Of a DNA stretch of 64,000 nt, positions 48,355 to 62,990 are shown one piece after another. The DNA comes from Rhizobiaceae bacterium (lineage in GTDB: Bacteria; Pseudomonadota; Alphaproteobacteria; Rhizobiales; Rhizobiaceae), in the NCBI GenBank assembly GCA_025458045.1, contig JALOTE010000011.1, positions 4,410 to 68,409 on the forward strand. Reading direction: 5' to 3'. Both the position numbers and the translations under genes were made by a program. The notes beneath the pieces are model-generated. The model saw nothing but the letters and a program-made list of their open reading frames with translations, ran no database searches and had not been told where the DNA came from. How positions within the stretch are numbered: position 1 is the first letter of the stretch; each line of letters opens with the position of its first letter.

Positions 48355-49764
48355 TCAGGCCGAATAATACATGTCGTATTCGACCGGGTGCGGGGTGTGC
48401 TCGAAGCGGATCACTTCGGCCCATTTCAGGTCCATGTAGGCGTCGATCTGGTCGTCGTCGAACACGCCGCCGACTTTCAGGAAGTCACGGTCCTTGTCGA
48501 GCGCGCCAAGGGCCTCGCGCAGCGAGCCGCAAACGGTCGGGATCTTCTTCAGGCGTTTTTCCGGCAGTTCATACAGGTCCTCGTCCATCGGCGCGCCTGG
48601 GTGGATCTTGTTCTTGATGCCGTCAAGGCCGGCCATGAGCATGGCGGAGAAGGCGAGATACGGGTTGGCGAGCGGATCCGGGAAGCGGACCTCGACGCGC
48701 TTGCCTTTCGGCGAGCCCGAGAACGGAATGCGGCAGGAGGCGGAACGGTTGCGCGCCGAATAGGCAAGCAGCACCGGCGCTTCAAAGCCGGGGATCAGGC
48801 GCTTGTAGGAGTTGGTGCCAGGGTTGGTGAACGCGTTGATCGCTTTGGCGTGCTTGATGATGCCGCCGATGTAATAGAGGCAGGTGTCCGACAGGCCGGC
48901 ATAGCCGTCCCCGGCAAAGAGCGGCTTGCCGCCCTTCCAGATCGACTGATGCACATGCATGCCCGAGCCGTTGTCGCCATAGACCGGCTTCGGCATGAAG
49001 GTTGCCGTTTTGCCGTAGGCATGGGCGACGTTGTGGACGACATACTTGTACTTCTGCACTTCGTCGGCCTTGGCCGTCAGCGTGTTGAAGATCATCGCCA
49101 ATTCGTGCTGGGCGGCGGCCACTTCATGGTGGTGCTTTTCAACATTGACGCCCATTTCGGTCAGGACCGACAGCATCTCGCCGCGGATATCCTGCGCCGA
49201 GTCGATCGGGTTGACCGGGAAATAGCCGCCTTTCAGGCGCGGGCGGTGGCCAAGGTTGCCTGACTCATATTCGGTGCCGGTGTTGATGCCGAGCTCGGTT
49301 GAATCGACCTTGAAACCGACATTGTAGGTGTCGGTGTTGAAGCGGACATCATCAAAAACGAAAAATTCCGGCTCCGGGCCGAAATAGGCCGTGTCGCCGA
49401 CGCCCGACGATTTGATGAAGGCTTCGGCTTTCTTGGCGGTCATGCGCGGGTCGCGGTTGTAGGCCTCGCCTGTCACTGGATCGATGATGTCGCAGAAGAT
49501 CGCCATGGTCGACTGCGCATAGAACGGGTCGATGTGGGCGGATGTGGCATCCGGCATCAGGATCATGTCGGACTCGTTGATGGCCTTCCAGCCAGCAATC
49601 GACGAACCGTCGAACATGACGCCATCGGAGAACACGTCCTCGCCGAAATGCTTCACGTCATAGGTCATGTGATGCATCTTGCCGCGCGGATCGGTGAAGC
49701 GGACGTCCACGAATTTGATGTCCTTGTCCTTGATCATTTTCAGGACGTCATTTGGTGTCGACAT
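48355..49764 (-). CDS. glnA: Glutamine synthetase type I
   Basis: The 469-aa product begins [29 protein letters not shown]... and aligns with GSI along its whole length. An adenylylation-site-like DLYELP is present. Confidence 0.97.
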   Translation of the reverse strand: MSTPNDVLKMIKDKDIKFVDVRFTDPRGKMHHMTYDVKHFGEDVFSDGVMFDGSSIAGWKAINESDMILMPDATSAHIDPFYAQSTMAIFCDIIDPVTGEAYNRDPRMTAKKAEAFIKSSGVGDTAYFGPEPEFFVFDDVRFNTDTYNVGFKVDSTELGINTGTEYESGNLGHRPRLKGGYFPVNPIDSAQDIRGEMLSVLTEMGVNVEKHHHEVAAAQHELAMIFNTLTAKADEVQKYKYVVHNVAHAYGKTATFMPKPVYGDNGSGMHVHQSIWKGGKPLFAGDGYAGLSDTCLYYIGGIIKHAKAINAFTNPGTNSYKRLIPGFEAPVLLAYSARNRSASCRIPFSGSPKGKRVEVRFPDPLANPYLAFSAMLMAGLDGIKNKIHPGAPMDEDLYELPEKRLKKIPTVCGSLREALGALDKDRDFLKVGGVFDDDQIDAYMDLKWAEVIRFEHTPHPVEYDMYYSA

Positions 49765-49844
49765 GTCGGGTTTCCCTGGTTGAACATGGAGTGGTGAGGG
49801 GTGGAGCGCCGTTTTGAAGCAGCGGCGCGGAGGGGGAGGAGCCG

Positions 49845-50360
<516 letters not shown>

Positions 50361-50430
50361 TCACGTTCTTGACTCCCCTTTCGTCCCGCACCGCAGCCTA
50401 TGTGCCGATGGATCGAGGCGCTGATTAAAA

Positions 50431-51972
50431 ATGCAGCAATTGCCGAATCTTTTGGCAGTCCCGTTTCCCGCGATGCGTGATGCCGCGCTGCCTGGTATCG
50501 CGGCGATGCGAAAAGCGGACCGGCTTGCCGGTTTGATCCATGCCGATGGAACTTTCGCGCTGATGCAGCGCGCCGCTTACGGGCTGATGGATCATGTGCT
50601 GGAGCGTCACGCCGATGCGGCACGCATCGCGATCCTGTGCGGCCCGGGCAACAATGGCGGCGATGGTTTGCTGCTCGCGCTGCGGCTGGCGGAACGCGGT
50701 GTCGACGTCGCCGTGTTCGGTCACGAGCGCTGGCAGGCCGGAACGGATGCGGCACGGGCACGGTCGCTTTGGCGCGGTCCGGTGCGGCCTCTCGCGTCGT
50801 TCGCACCGGATGGTTTCGGCCTGATCGTCGACGCCTTGTTCGGTGCGGGGCTGACGCGCGCGCCTGCGGGTGACGCCGCTCGAATCATCGAGGCAAGCAA
50901 TGCATCCGGTTTGCCCATCGTCAGTGTCGATGTGCCCTCCGGCCTGAACGGTGACACGGGGCTCGCCGGCGGCGCGGTGATCCATGCCCGTTCGACCGTG
51001 ACATTCTTCCGCAAGAAGCCCGGCCATGTGCTCGAACCCGGGCGGACGCTTTGTGGCGAACTCATCGTGATCGACATCGGCATACCGGCCGGCGTCCTGT
51101 CGGACCTCGGGATCGACACGTTCGAGAACCTGCCCGCGCTCTGGCAAGCGGTGCTGCCGCGGCATGCGGTGACAACGCACAAATATGCGCGCGGTGCGGT
51201 TGGCGTTGTTAGCGGTGGGTCCCTGAACACCGGTGCCGCCCGGCTGGCCGCTCTGGCGGCAGAGCGCGCCGGGGCGGGTGCCGTCACCCTGCTGGGGTCG
51301 AGGGATGCGTTGCCGGTTCTGGCGGCACAACTGACATCGGCGATGGTGCAGCCTTGTGAAACCAGCACCGATCTTTCCGAATTCCTGTCGCAGGGCAAAA
51401 CCGGCGCCCTGGTCGTCGGGCCGGCTGCTGGCGTCAATGCACGCACGGCGCAATTGCTGGATTGCGCGCTTGAAGCAGGCGCGCCCGGCGGGCGGCTGCG
51501 CGGCTTGGTGCTCGATGCCGACGCATTGACGGTGATCGCGCGGGACAAGCAACGGTTCTTCGCCAAGCTGCAGTCATCGCCAATGGCTTGCGTGCTGACA
51601 CCGCATGAAGGCGAGTTTGCCCGGTTGTTTCCTGATATGCGCGCCGGCTCCAAGCTGGACCGTGCGCGTGCCGCGGCCGCCTTGAGCGGAGCAACCGTGC
51701 TATTGAAAGGACCGGACACCGTGATCGCCGCACCCGATGGACGCGCCGCCATAAACACCAATGGCACCCAGGCACTGGCCACCGCAGGTTCAGGTGATGT
51801 GCTGGCCGGCGTGATCGCAGCGCTTCTGGCGCAGGGCATGCCACAATGGGAGGCCGCCTGCGCCGGGGCTTGGTTGCATGCGGAGGCCGGACGGCTTGCT
51901 GGCGAGGGTGCCGGGGCGGAGCGGATCGCGAAAGCTGTGATGGCCGCCGTGAGCCGCGCGGGGCGCGCCTGA
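50431..51972 (+). CDS. nnr: Bifunctional NAD(P)H-hydrate repair enzyme Nnr (epimerase/ADP-dependent dehydratase)
   Basis: The YjeF_N motif CGPGNNGGDG and the C-terminal kinase-fold motif ATAGSGDVLAG are present. Confidence 0.88.
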   Translation: MQQLPNLLAVPFPAMRDAALPGIAAMRKADRLAGLIHADGTFALMQRAAYGLMDHVLERHADAARIAILCGPGNNGGDGLLLALRLAERGVDVAVFGHERWQAGTDAARARSLWRGPVRPLASFAPDGFGLIVDALFGAGLTRAPAGDAARIIEASNASGLPIVSVDVPSGLNGDTGLAGGAVIHARSTVTFFRKKPGHVLEPGRTLCGELIVIDIGIPAGVLSDLGIDTFENLPALWQAVLPRHAVTTHKYARGAVGVVSGGSLNTGAARLAALAAERAGAGAVTLLGSRDALPVLAAQLTSAMVQPCETSTDLSEFLSQGKTGALVVGPAAGVNARTAQLLDCALEAGAPGGRLRGLVLDADALTVIARDKQRFFAKLQSSPMACVLTPHEGEFARLFPDMRAGSKLDRARAAAALSGATVLLKGPDTVIAAPDGRAAINTNGTQALATAGSGDVLAGVIAALLAQGMPQWEAACAGAWLHAEAGRLAGEGAGAERIAKAVMAAVSRAGRA

Positions 51973-51974
51973 AC

Positions 51975-54890
<2,916 letters not shown>

Positions 54891-55022
54891 CTGACCAGCC
54901 TTGCCAAAAGCCCGGCGCTGACGGTCCTGCCTGTCAGCGCCTCACCGACGTGCACCTAGAGCCGAGCCGGGCCTTTATCCACCCTCGACTCCTCTGCCGA
55001 CGGCTATTTGACATTTGTGCGT

Positions 55023-55037
55023 GAACAGGACAAGAAC
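55023..55037. promoter_or_regulatory. Alphaproteobacterial SOS (LexA) box in the uvrA/ssb divergent region
   Basis: GAAC-AGGACAA-GAAC equals GTTC-N7-GTTC on the other strand. It lies 10 nt after a TTGACA hexamer (55008-55013). Confidence 0.65.
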
Positions 55038-55132
55038 ATTGTGGAAAGCCTGTTGCCAGACGCCGACAGCATGACGCGCGGCGCCGGCTTCGTGCTAGGC
55101 GGTGGCAACAGGGTCAAACGGGGAGTGCGGCG

Positions 55133-55684
55133 ATGGCCGGTTCAGTCAACAAGGTCATCCTGATCGGCAATCTGGGTGCGGATCCGGAAGTGCGGCGTCT
55201 CAACTCCGGCGACAAGGTGGTGAATTTGCGCATCGCCACATCGGAGAGCTGGCGCGACAAGCAGTCGGGGGAGCGGCGCGAAAAGACGGAGTGGCATTCG
55301 GTCGTGATTTTCAATGAACAGCTCGCCGGCGTTGCAGAACAGTATCTGAAGAAAGGCGCGAAAGTATATCTCGAAGGGGCGCTGCAAACGCGCAAATGGC
55401 AGGACCAGCAAGGCCAGGACCGCTACACGACCGAGATCGTTCTCCAGAAATACCGCGGCGAACTCACAATGCTCGACGGTCGTCAAGGTGCTGGCATGGG
55501 CGGTGGCGGAGGCGATTCCGGTTATGACGATCAGCCGCGCCAGATGTCTGGCGGACGCGGCTCCTCCAGCGGATTTGGCGGAGGGCAGGGCGGTGGCCAA
55601 GGTGCAGGCTCCGGCGGGGGCTCCTCAGGCGGGCGGCCGGCACCGCAAGGCGGCTATGACATGGATGACGACATCCCGTTTTGA
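55133..55684 (+). CDS. ssb: Single-stranded DNA-binding protein
   Basis: [21 protein letters not shown] starts the OB fold. A Gly-rich linker and the acidic tip DMDDDIPF are present. Confidence 0.97.
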   Translation: MAGSVNKVILIGNLGADPEVRRLNSGDKVVNLRIATSESWRDKQSGERREKTEWHSVVIFNEQLAGVAEQYLKKGAKVYLEGALQTRKWQDQQGQDRYTTEIVLQKYRGELTMLDGRQGAGMGGGGGDSGYDDQPRQMSGGRGSSSGFGGGQGGGQGAGSGGGSSGGRPAPQGGYDMDDDIPF

Positions 55685-55796
55685 TGGGTGAGCCAAGGGA
55701 CCGTCGGCGGCGCAGGCCGCGTCGCATTCAGGCTGGCGTTTTGCTTGCGCGGCCGTTAGTCGATACGCAGGCTCACGCCTGCAACAGGGGATCACC

Positions 55797-56093
55797 ATGA
55801 AAGCACTGCGTATTTCCGCCGCTGTCGCGGCCCTTCTCACTCTGTCGGCGGCAGCGGCCCGGGCCGAGTCGATCGACATGTCCACCATCACCTGCGAGCA
55901 GCTGCTGGCCGGCACCGGCGACGATGCCGGAAACCTTCTGATCTGGGTCGACGGCTGGCTGGCCGGCCAGGCCGACGAGACCATGCTGGATGCCGAGACG
56001 CTGGGCGCGCAGGTCGAGGGCATAATCAATATCTGTTCCGAGAACGGGGCAATGAGCGTCCTGAACGCGGCCAAGCAATATCTCAATCAGTGA
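55797..56093 (+). CDS. HdeA/HdeB-like small periplasmic protein
   Basis: A signal peptide ...SAAAARA is present. The TCEQLL motif and a second Cys (NICSENG) parallel the WTCEDFL...ACTQD disulfide pair of E. coli HdeA. The product is 98 aa. Confidence 0.5.
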   Translation: MKALRISAAVAALLTLSAAAARAESIDMSTITCEQLLAGTGDDAGNLLIWVDGWLAGQADETMLDAETLGAQVEGIINICSENGAMSVLNAAKQYLNQ

Positions 56094-56120
56094 CACGGGA
56101 TTGATCGCAGGCGCTGTGGA

Positions 56121-56150
56121 AACGCCGGCCTGTCCGGCGTTTTGCACTTT
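56121..56150 (+). terminator. Hairpin terminator between the convergent hdeA-like and marC genes
   Basis: AACGCCGG-cctgt-CCGGCGTT is followed by TTGCACTTT. Confidence 0.6.
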
Positions 56151-56174
56151 CGCGGTCATGTCGGCGCGGTTTTG

Positions 56175-56798
56175 TCAGGCCGCCAGACTCTTGATCCCGT
56201 CCGCCACAAACTGCACCGCGAGTGCCGCAAGGATGAGGCCGAGCAGCCGCGTGATCAGCGACCGCGTTGAATTGGCGATGACCGCATTCAACCGTTCGGC
56301 AGCCAAAAGCGACAAGAGCGTGATGCCGATGCAGGCAATGATGATGCCGCTGAGTGCGGCGCGTTCATGCACCTCGTTGAACGTGCCGGACAGGAGCACG
56401 ATCGCGGAAATCGAGCCCGGCCCGGCGATCAGGGGGATGGCCAGCGGGAACACCGAAATGTCCCGGACATGATCCTCGTGGACAGCCACTTCGACCTGCT
56501 TTTCACGCCGCGGCTGGCGTTTCTCGAACACCATCTCGAATGCGATCCAGAACAGCATGATGCCGCCTGCGATTCGAAAGGCGTCCAGCGTGATGCCGAA
56601 CACGCGCAGCAAACCCGCCCCGGCAATTGAAAACACGATGAGGATGATGCCGGCGATCAGGCTGGCGCGGATCGCGACCGATCTCCGCTGGGCGGCCGAA
56701 AACCCGGCGGTCACGGCCAGGAAAATCGCCGCGACGCCCGGCGGGTCGATCAGCACGATCAAGGTTGCGAAGGCGTTCAGCAATTGTTCGGGAGCCAT
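56175..56798 (-). CDS. MarC family (UPF0056) integral membrane protein
   Basis: The 207-aa product has about 6 TM segments, with LIVLIDPPG near the N-terminus and IAGPGSIS mid-protein, as in MarC-family proteins. Confidence 0.8.
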   Translation of the reverse strand: MAPEQLLNAFATLIVLIDPPGVAAIFLAVTAGFSAAQRRSVAIRASLIAGIILIVFSIAGAGLLRVFGITLDAFRIAGGIMLFWIAFEMVFEKRQPRREKQVEVAVHEDHVRDISVFPLAIPLIAGPGSISAIVLLSGTFNEVHERAALSGIIIACIGITLLSLLAAERLNAVIANSTRSLITRLLGLILAALAVQFVADGIKSLAA

Positions 56799-57026
56799 GG
56801 GTGCTTCGCGGGCCTAAGATCACGGCCCACCCTAGCCATTTTGCCGAGGGCAAAACAACACCGTCTGCCCGTTTGCCGTCGACAAATGCGGACCGCGTTT
56901 GAGAATCAACAATAAACCGTTGAAATACAATGCGTTAATCTCACAGGAAATGACATCTGCGATTTGCGGGGTGGGGGTGAGGCGGGCTATAACCGACCGC
57001 AGTGATTCCGGCATGGCGGCTGAGAC

Positions 57027-59795
57027 GTGGCAGACGACGACAACACAGGGTCCGGCAAGGGCGAAAAAGGCGAGACGCAGGGGATCTCGTCGATTTCGAT
57101 TGTCAGCGAAATGCAGCGTTCGTTCCTCGACTATGCGATGAGCGTGATTGTCAGCCGCGCGCTGCCCGATGTGCGCGACGGTTTGAAGCCGGTGCACCGG
57201 CGCATCCTCTATGGGATGTCGGAACTCGGCATCGACTGGAACAAGAAATACGTCAAATGCGCCCGCGTCACCGGTGACGTGATGGGTAAATTCCACCCGC
57301 ACGGGAACCTCGCGATCTATGATGCCTTGGTGCGCATGGCGCAGGATTGGTCACTCCGCCTGCCGCTGATCGACGGCCAAGGCAATTTCGGCTCGATTGA
57401 TGGCGATGCCCCGGCGGCCGAGCGCTACACGGAGTGCCGGCTGGCCAAGCCTGCGCACAGCCTGCTGGATGACCTCGACAAGGACACGGTTGATTTCCGC
57501 GACAACTATGACGGCACGTTGCAGGAGCCGGCGGTTCTGCCAGCCAAGTTTCCGAATTTGCTGGTCAACGGGTCCGGCGGCATTGCCGTCGGCATGGCAA
57601 CGAATATTCCGCCGCACAATCTGTCGGAGGTCATCACGGCCTGCATCGCCATGATCGACAAGCCGGAAATTGGCCTTGCGGAACTGATGCAAATCATGCC
57701 CGGACCGGATTTTCCGACCGGCGGCATCATTCTCGGACGCTCCGGCATCCATTCCGCCTATGCGACGGGGCGCGGCTCTGTGGTGATCCGCGGCAAGGCG
57801 GCCGTCGAGCCGATGCGCGGCGACCGCGAGGCGATCATCATCACCGAGGTGCCTTACCAGGTGAACAAGTCGACGATGATCGAGAAAATTGCCGAACTGG
57901 TACGCGAAAAGCGCATCGAGGGCATTTCAGACCTGCGCGACGAGTCCGACCGCGACGGCTATCGCGTGGTGATCGAATTGAAGCGAGATGCGGTGGCCGA
58001 TGTGGTGCTGAACCAGCTTTACCGGTTCACACCGCTGCAAACCTCGTTTGGCTGCAATATGGTGGCGCTCAATGGTGGCAAGCCGGAACAATTGATGCTC
58101 ACCGACATGCTGCAAGCCTTCCTCGCGTTCCGCGAAGAGGTTGTCGGGCGGCGCACCAAGTTCCTTCTGCGCAAGGCGCGCGACCGGGCGCATGTGTTGG
58201 TTGGCTTGGCGATCGCGGTGGCCAACATTGACGAGGTGATCGCGCTGATCCGCAACGCGCCGAACCCGGCCACGGCCAAGGACCAGTTGATGGAGCGGCG
58301 CTGGCCGGCCAAGGATGTCGCGCCGCTGGTCGCGCTCATCGATGATCCGCGCCATGGATTGAACGCCGACGACACCTACAATCTGTCGGAAGAGCAGGCG
58401 AAAGCCATCCTTGAATTGCGGCTGTCCCGCCTGACGGCGCTCGGACGTGACGAGATTCAGGCCGAATTGGAGCAGATCGCCGCTGAAATCCGTGACCTTC
58501 TCGACATCCTGGGTTCTCGGCAGCGCATCCTGACGATCGTCAAGGATGAACTCGCCGCCATCCGCGATGAATTCGGCACGCCGCGCCGCAGCGAGATCAC
58601 CGACGGCGAAGGCGACATGGAGGACGAGGACCTCATCGCTCGCGAGGAGATGGTGGTGACGGTCAGCCATGGCGGCTACATCAAGCGTGTGCCCTTGTCC
58701 GTCTATCGCGCGCAGCGGCGCGGCGGCAAAGGCCGCTCCGGAATGGCGACCAAGGACGAGGATTTCGTCTCCCGCCTGTTTGTCGCCAACACGCACACGC
58801 CGATCCTGTTCTTTTCGTCCAACGGCATCGTCTACAAGGAGAAGGTGTGGCGCCTGCCACTCGCCAATCCGCAGTCACGCGGGAAAGCGTTGGTCAACAT
58901 CCTGCCGCTCGATCCGGGCGAGCGCATCACCACAATCATGCCTTTGCCGGAAGACGAGGAAAGCTGGGCCGATCTCGACGTCATGTTCGCGACGACGCGC
59001 GGCACCGTGAGGCGCAACAAGCTGAGCGATTTCACGCAGGTGAACCGCAATGGCAAGATCGCAATGAAACTGGAGGAAAAGGGCGACGCCATTCTCTCGG
59101 TTGCCACATGCACCGGCTATGACGACGTGCTGCTGACAACCGCGCTCGGCCAATGCATCCGCTTCCCGGTCGCCGGCGTGCGCGTGTTTGCCGGGCGCAA
59201 TTCCATCGGCATACGCGGCATTGCACTTAGCGAAGGCGACACTGTGATTTCCATGGCGATCCTTGCGGGCTCCGATGCGACGGCTGATGAGCGCGCCGCC
59301 TATCTCAAGCGCTCGGTCGCGGAGCGCCGCGCCGCCGGGGCCGATGATGTGGAGGATGTTGCGCTTGTCGGCGAGGAGGGCGCGGCCGACGCTGCGTTGC
59401 CTGATGAGCGCTATGAGGCGATGAAAGCCGCCGAGCAATTCGTGCTGACCGTCAGCGAAAACGGCTATGGCAAGCGCTCGTCCAGCTACGAGTTCCGCGT
59501 CACCGGCCGCGGCGGCAAGGGCATCCGCGCCACGGATACCGGCAAGGTGGATGAGATCGGCAAGTTGGTCGCGACATTCCCGATCAGCGCCACCGACCAG
59601 CTGATGCTGGTGACGAATGGCGGCCAGTTGATCCGTGTCCCGGTGGACGGCATCCGCATCGCTGGTCGCGCGACCAAAGGCGTCACCATCTTCAAGATGA
59701 GTGACGGGGACAGGGTCGTATCGGTTGATTGGGTCTCGGACCAGGAGAGCGATGACGGCAGTGACGACGCCGAAGGCAATGGCGCGGACGCGTGA
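57027..59795 (+). CDS. gyrA: DNA gyrase subunit A
   Basis: [35 protein letters not shown] is present, with an active-site Tyr region and a C-terminal beta-pinwheel ending in an acidic tail. The apparent start is GTG at 57027. Confidence 0.96.
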   Translation: MADDDNTGSGKGEKGETQGISSISIVSEMQRSFLDYAMSVIVSRALPDVRDGLKPVHRRILYGMSELGIDWNKKYVKCARVTGDVMGKFHPHGNLAIYDALVRMAQDWSLRLPLIDGQGNFGSIDGDAPAAERYTECRLAKPAHSLLDDLDKDTVDFRDNYDGTLQEPAVLPAKFPNLLVNGSGGIAVGMATNIPPHNLSEVITACIAMIDKPEIGLAELMQIMPGPDFPTGGIILGRSGIHSAYATGRGSVVIRGKAAVEPMRGDREAIIITEVPYQVNKSTMIEKIAELVREKRIEGISDLRDESDRDGYRVVIELKRDAVADVVLNQLYRFTPLQTSFGCNMVALNGGKPEQLMLTDMLQAFLAFREEVVGRRTKFLLRKARDRAHVLVGLAIAVANIDEVIALIRNAPNPATAKDQLMERRWPAKDVAPLVALIDDPRHGLNADDTYNLSEEQAKAILELRLSRLTALGRDEIQAELEQIAAEIRDLLDILGSRQRILTIVKDELAAIRDEFGTPRRSEITDGEGDMEDEDLIAREEMVVTVSHGGYIKRVPLSVYRAQRRGGKGRSGMATKDEDFVSRLFVANTHTPILFFSSNGIVYKEKVWRLPLANPQSRGKALVNILPLDPGERITTIMPLPEDEESWADLDVMFATTRGTVRRNKLSDFTQVNRNGKIAMKLEEKGDAILSVATCTGYDDVLLTTALGQCIRFPVAGVRVFAGRNSIGIRGIALSEGDTVISMAILAGSDATADERAAYLKRSVAERRAAGADDVEDVALVGEEGAADAALPDERYEAMKAAEQFVLTVSENGYGKRSSSYEFRVTGRGGKGIRATDTGKVDEIGKLVATFPISATDQLMLVTNGGQLIRVPVDGIRIAGRATKGVTIFKMSDGDRVVSVDWVSDQESDDGSDDAEGNGADA

Positions 59796-59844
59796 ATCCG
59801 CGCCGCTTCGCGTTGCAGCGAAAAGCAAGCCTCGCTAAGACGGC

Positions 59845-60348
59845 GTGATGAGCGCGCGGATTGCCCTTTATACCGGATCGTTTGACCCGATGACCAACGG
59901 CCATCTTGACGTCATCGCGCGTGGGCTGCGAATGGCGGATCGACTGATCGTCGCCATCGGCATCCATCCTGGCAAGACTCCGGTGTTCAGCTTTGACGAG
60001 CGCAAGGCGCTGGTCATGCAGGCAATCGAGGCGGCGGGGCTGGACGCGGCACGTGTGACGGTGACGGCCTTTGGCGGGCTCGCTGTCGATGCGGCGCGCG
60101 CGGCGGGAGCGGCGCTCATCCTGCGCGGCCTGCGTGACGGCACTGATCTCGACTATGAAATGCAGATGGCCGGCATGAATGCCGCGATGGCGCCGGATCT
60201 CGAAACTGTGTTTCTGTCCGCCGCGCCGCCGGTGCGTCACATCACCGCCACGCTGGTGCGCCAGATCGCGGCGATGGGCGGCGATGTGTCGCCTTTCGTC
60301 CCGCCCTGCGTTGAAGCAGCACTGGCGCGCCGTTTTCCCAAATCCTGA
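59845..60348 (+). CDS. coaD: Phosphopantetheine adenylyltransferase
   Basis: [18 protein letters not shown] carries the T/HxGH motif, in a 167-aa product. Confidence 0.95.
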   Translation: MMSARIALYTGSFDPMTNGHLDVIARGLRMADRLIVAIGIHPGKTPVFSFDERKALVMQAIEAAGLDAARVTVTAFGGLAVDAARAAGAALILRGLRDGTDLDYEMQMAGMNAAMAPDLETVFLSAAPPVRHITATLVRQIAAMGGDVSPFVPPCVEAALARRFPKS

Positions 60349-60360
60349 CAGGACCAGCCC

Positions 60361-60939
60361 ATGATCATCGCCCGCCGCACAGTGCTTGCCCTCTTCGCCA
60401 TTCTGCCCCTTTCGGGTGCCATCCCGGCCTTGGCTGATGAAAACACCATGATCATCACGCTCAAGGATGGTCCGGTCACTGTGCAGTTGCGGCCCGATCT
60501 TGCGCCGAAGCATGTCGAGCGCATCAAGCAGCTTGTGATCGAAGGCGCTTACAATGGCGTGGTCTGGCACCGGGTCATCCCCGGCTTCATGGCGCAGACG
60601 GGCGATGTCGAGTTCGGCAACACGCTGAAGAACTTCGATGCGACGCGCGCCGGCACCGGCGGTTCGCCTCTGCCTGACTTGCCTGCCGAATTCACGACCG
60701 CAGAAACATTCCAGCGCGGCACGGTGGGCATGGCCCGCGGCATGATGCCGGATTCGGCCAACGCGCAATTCTTCATCATGTTTGAGGCAGCGCCGCACCT
60801 TGACGGGCAATACACGATCGTCGGCCAAGTGACGGAAGGGATGGAATTCGTGGACAACATCAAGAAGGGACAGGATCCGGTCAACGGCATGGTGACCGAC
60901 CCCGATGTGATGGTCAGCGTCACGCTCGCCGGAAACTGA
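60361..60939 (+). CDS. ppiA: Peptidyl-prolyl cis-trans isomerase, cyclophilin type (periplasmic)
   Basis: A signal peptide MIIARRTVLALFAILPLSGAIPALA and the cyclophilin core VWHRVIPGFMAQTGD...NAQFFI are present. Confidence 0.9.
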   Translation: MIIARRTVLALFAILPLSGAIPALADENTMIITLKDGPVTVQLRPDLAPKHVERIKQLVIEGAYNGVVWHRVIPGFMAQTGDVEFGNTLKNFDATRAGTGGSPLPDLPAEFTTAETFQRGTVGMARGMMPDSANAQFFIMFEAAPHLDGQYTIVGQVTEGMEFVDNIKKGQDPVNGMVTDPDVMVSVTLAGN

Positions 60940-60993
60940 CCTGCCGCATACCCTCAATCGCCAGATCTACAACCACCGGAAGGACGCGCGTTC

Positions 60994-61509
60994 ATGGCCG
61001 CAATCAAGGATCCCGAAAACACCCTGCTCATGGAAACGTCGAAAGGGGCGGTCGTCATCGAACTGTTGCCCGATCTGGCGCCAGGGCATGTCGGCCGCAT
61101 CAAGGAATTGGCGCGCGAGGGCGCGTATGATGGCGTGGTGTTTCACCGCGTGATCGAGGGCTTCATGGCGCAGACCGGCGATGTGCGCAACGGCAACAAG
61201 AACAGCCCCAGCTATTCGATCCGCAGCGCCGGCACCGGCGGTTCGGCCAAGCCCAACCTGAAGGCCGAGTTTTCCAATGCCAACCATGGGCGTGGCGCAT
61301 GCTCAATGGCGCGCGCGCAAGACCCGAACTCGGCCAATTCGCAGTTTTTCATCTGCTTTGACGATGCCGGCTTTCTCAACCGTCAATACACGGTGTGGGG
61401 CCAGGTCATCGAGGGCATGGAGAACATCGACCGGATCACCCGTGGCGAGCCGCCGCGCGAGCCAGATCACATCGTGTCGATGAAAGTCGCTGCGGACGTG
61501 GCGGCTTGA
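60994..61509 (+). CDS. ppiB: Peptidyl-prolyl cis-trans isomerase, cyclophilin type (cytoplasmic)
   Basis: There is no signal peptide. The cyclophilin core VFHRVIEGFMAQTGD...NSQFFICF is present. Confidence 0.9.
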   Translation: MAAIKDPENTLLMETSKGAVVIELLPDLAPGHVGRIKELAREGAYDGVVFHRVIEGFMAQTGDVRNGNKNSPSYSIRSAGTGGSAKPNLKAEFSNANHGRGACSMARAQDPNSANSQFFICFDDAGFLNRQYTVWGQVIEGMENIDRITRGEPPREPDHIVSMKVAADVAA

Positions 61510-61904
61510 TGCGTGTATGGCGCGCATTCCTGGTGGCGGCGGCCCTCGGGGTCGCCGTCCAGCCGGCGCGCGCAACGTCCAACATATCATGCACATCACC
61601 CGATGGGTCGACATCGGTCGATCTCGTGGTCGGTCGACTTCCGGTTCTAGGGATCGTCAATGGCAGCCTTGTCGCGGGCGGCGTGACCTACAGCCTCGAT
61701 GACAGCGCCGCGAACCGCATCATCGTCGGCCAAGCCCATGATGACGGCGTCGCGGTGCGTGTTGATTTCACCGATCCCAATGTCGAGCGTGTTGTCGCCA
61801 GCCTCCACTTGTTCTCCGCGTTCGAGAACGACCGGTTCGCGCAAGCGGGGATTTTGAACGTGACGGGTGTCGGCGCGTGGCCGCTTGTCTGCGACGAGCC
61901 ATGA
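61509..61904 (+). CDS. Hypothetical secreted protein (131 aa)
   Basis: The ATG at 61509 overlaps the ppiB stop by 1 nt (TGATG) and gives the signal peptide MRVWRAFLVAAALGVAVQPARA. I recognise no family. The listed ORF start at 61395 lies inside ppiB. Confidence 0.5.
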   Translation: MRVWRAFLVAAALGVAVQPARATSNISCTSPDGSTSVDLVVGRLPVLGIVNGSLVAGGVTYSLDDSAANRIIVGQAHDDGVAVRVDFTDPNVERVVASLHLFSAFENDRFAQAGILNVTGVGAWPLVCDEP

Positions 61905-61910
61905 AGCCCC

Positions 61911-62990
61911 ATGCGCGTTGACCTGTTTGATTTCGATTTGCCCGAGGAACGCATCGCCCTGCGCCCGGCGGAGCCACGCGATGCAGCGCGGATGCTGGTC
62001 GTCCGGCCCGGCGAGGCACGGGAAGACCACGGTGTTCGCGATCTGCCCGCATTGCTCAATCCGGGCGATGCGCTGGTCTTCAATGACACCCGCGTCATCC
62101 CCGGACAGTTGCACGGTGTGCGCATCCGTGATGGCAGCGGAAGCGTGCCTGTCAGCGCAACGCTCCACATGCGGCTGGATGGCGCGCGCTGGTTGGCATT
62201 TGCCAAGCCGGGGCGGCGGCTTGCCGTCGGTGACAGGCTGCGTTTCGGCAGCCAGAATTCCAGTTGCCTCGGCCAAAACCTTGATGCCACGCTGGAAGCC
62301 AAGAACCCGGGCGGAGACGTGCAACTGGCGTTTGATCTGTCGGGTGCGGCGCTGGACGAGGCGATCAAGGCGCATGGGGCAATGCCCCTGCCGCCTTACA
62401 TCGCCGCCAAGCGCGGACAGGATGCGCGCGACGCGACCGACTACCAGACCGTCTATGCCAAAGAGGATGGTGCGGTCGCCGCGCCCACGGCCGGTCTGCA
62501 TTTCACCGAACGGCTGCTGGACGCTGTCGATGCGCGCGGCATCGAGCGGCATTTCCTGACCCTGCATGTCGGGGCAGGGACCTTCCTGCCGGTGAAGGCC
62601 GAAGATACAAGCGGCCATCGCATGCATGCCGAGATCGGCCTTGTGACGCCGGAAACCGCCGATGCGCTCAATGCGGTGAAGGCGCGGGGAGGGCGCATCG
62701 TCGCGGTTGGAACGACGTCGCTCCGGCTGCTCGAATCGGCGGCGGGCGAGGACGGGATGCTGCGCCCCTTCGCCGGCGCGACCGACATATTCATCACGCC
62801 CGGCTACCGCTTCCGCTTCGTCGATGTGCTGATGACGAATTTCCATTTGCCGAAATCGACCTTGTTCATGCTGGTTTCGGCCTTTGCCGGGCTCGACACG
62901 ATGCGCGACGCTTATGCGCATGCGATCCGCGAGCAATATCGCTTCTACTCCTATGGCGATTCCAGCCTGTTGTTCCGGGAGCGCCAATGA
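61911..62990 (+). CDS. queA: S-adenosylmethionine:tRNA ribosyltransferase-isomerase
   Basis: [24 protein letters not shown]...GLHFT...GTTSLR...FYSYGDSSL are QueA signatures. Confidence 0.95.
   Translation: MRVDLFDFDLPEERIALRPAEPRDAARMLVVRPGEAREDHGVRDLPALLNPGDALVFNDTRVIPGQLHGVRIRDGSGSVPVSATLHMRLDGARWLAFAKPGRRLAVGDRLRFGSQNSSCLGQNLDATLEAKNPGGDVQLAFDLSGAALDEAIKAHGAMPLPPYIAAKRGQDARDATDYQTVYAKEDGAVAAPTAGLHFTERLLDAVDARGIERHFLTLHVGAGTFLPVKAEDTSGHRMHAEIGLVTPETADALNAVKARGGRIVAVGTTSLRLLESAAGEDGMLRPFAGATDIFITPGYRFRFVDVLMTNFHLPKSTLFMLVSAFAGLDTMRDAYAHAIREQYRFYSYGDSSLLFRERQ

Noticed and set aside
50425-51552. A 375-aa minus-strand ORF and other minus-strand ORFs across nnr.
   Set aside because: They are antisense to nnr, which carries the GPGNNGGDG and GSGDVLAG motifs.
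58875-62987. Minus-strand ORFs 58875..59828, 59692..60957 and 61647..62987.
   Set aside because: They are antisense to gyrA, coaD/ppiA and queA respectively, with no motifs. They are GC-driven open frames.
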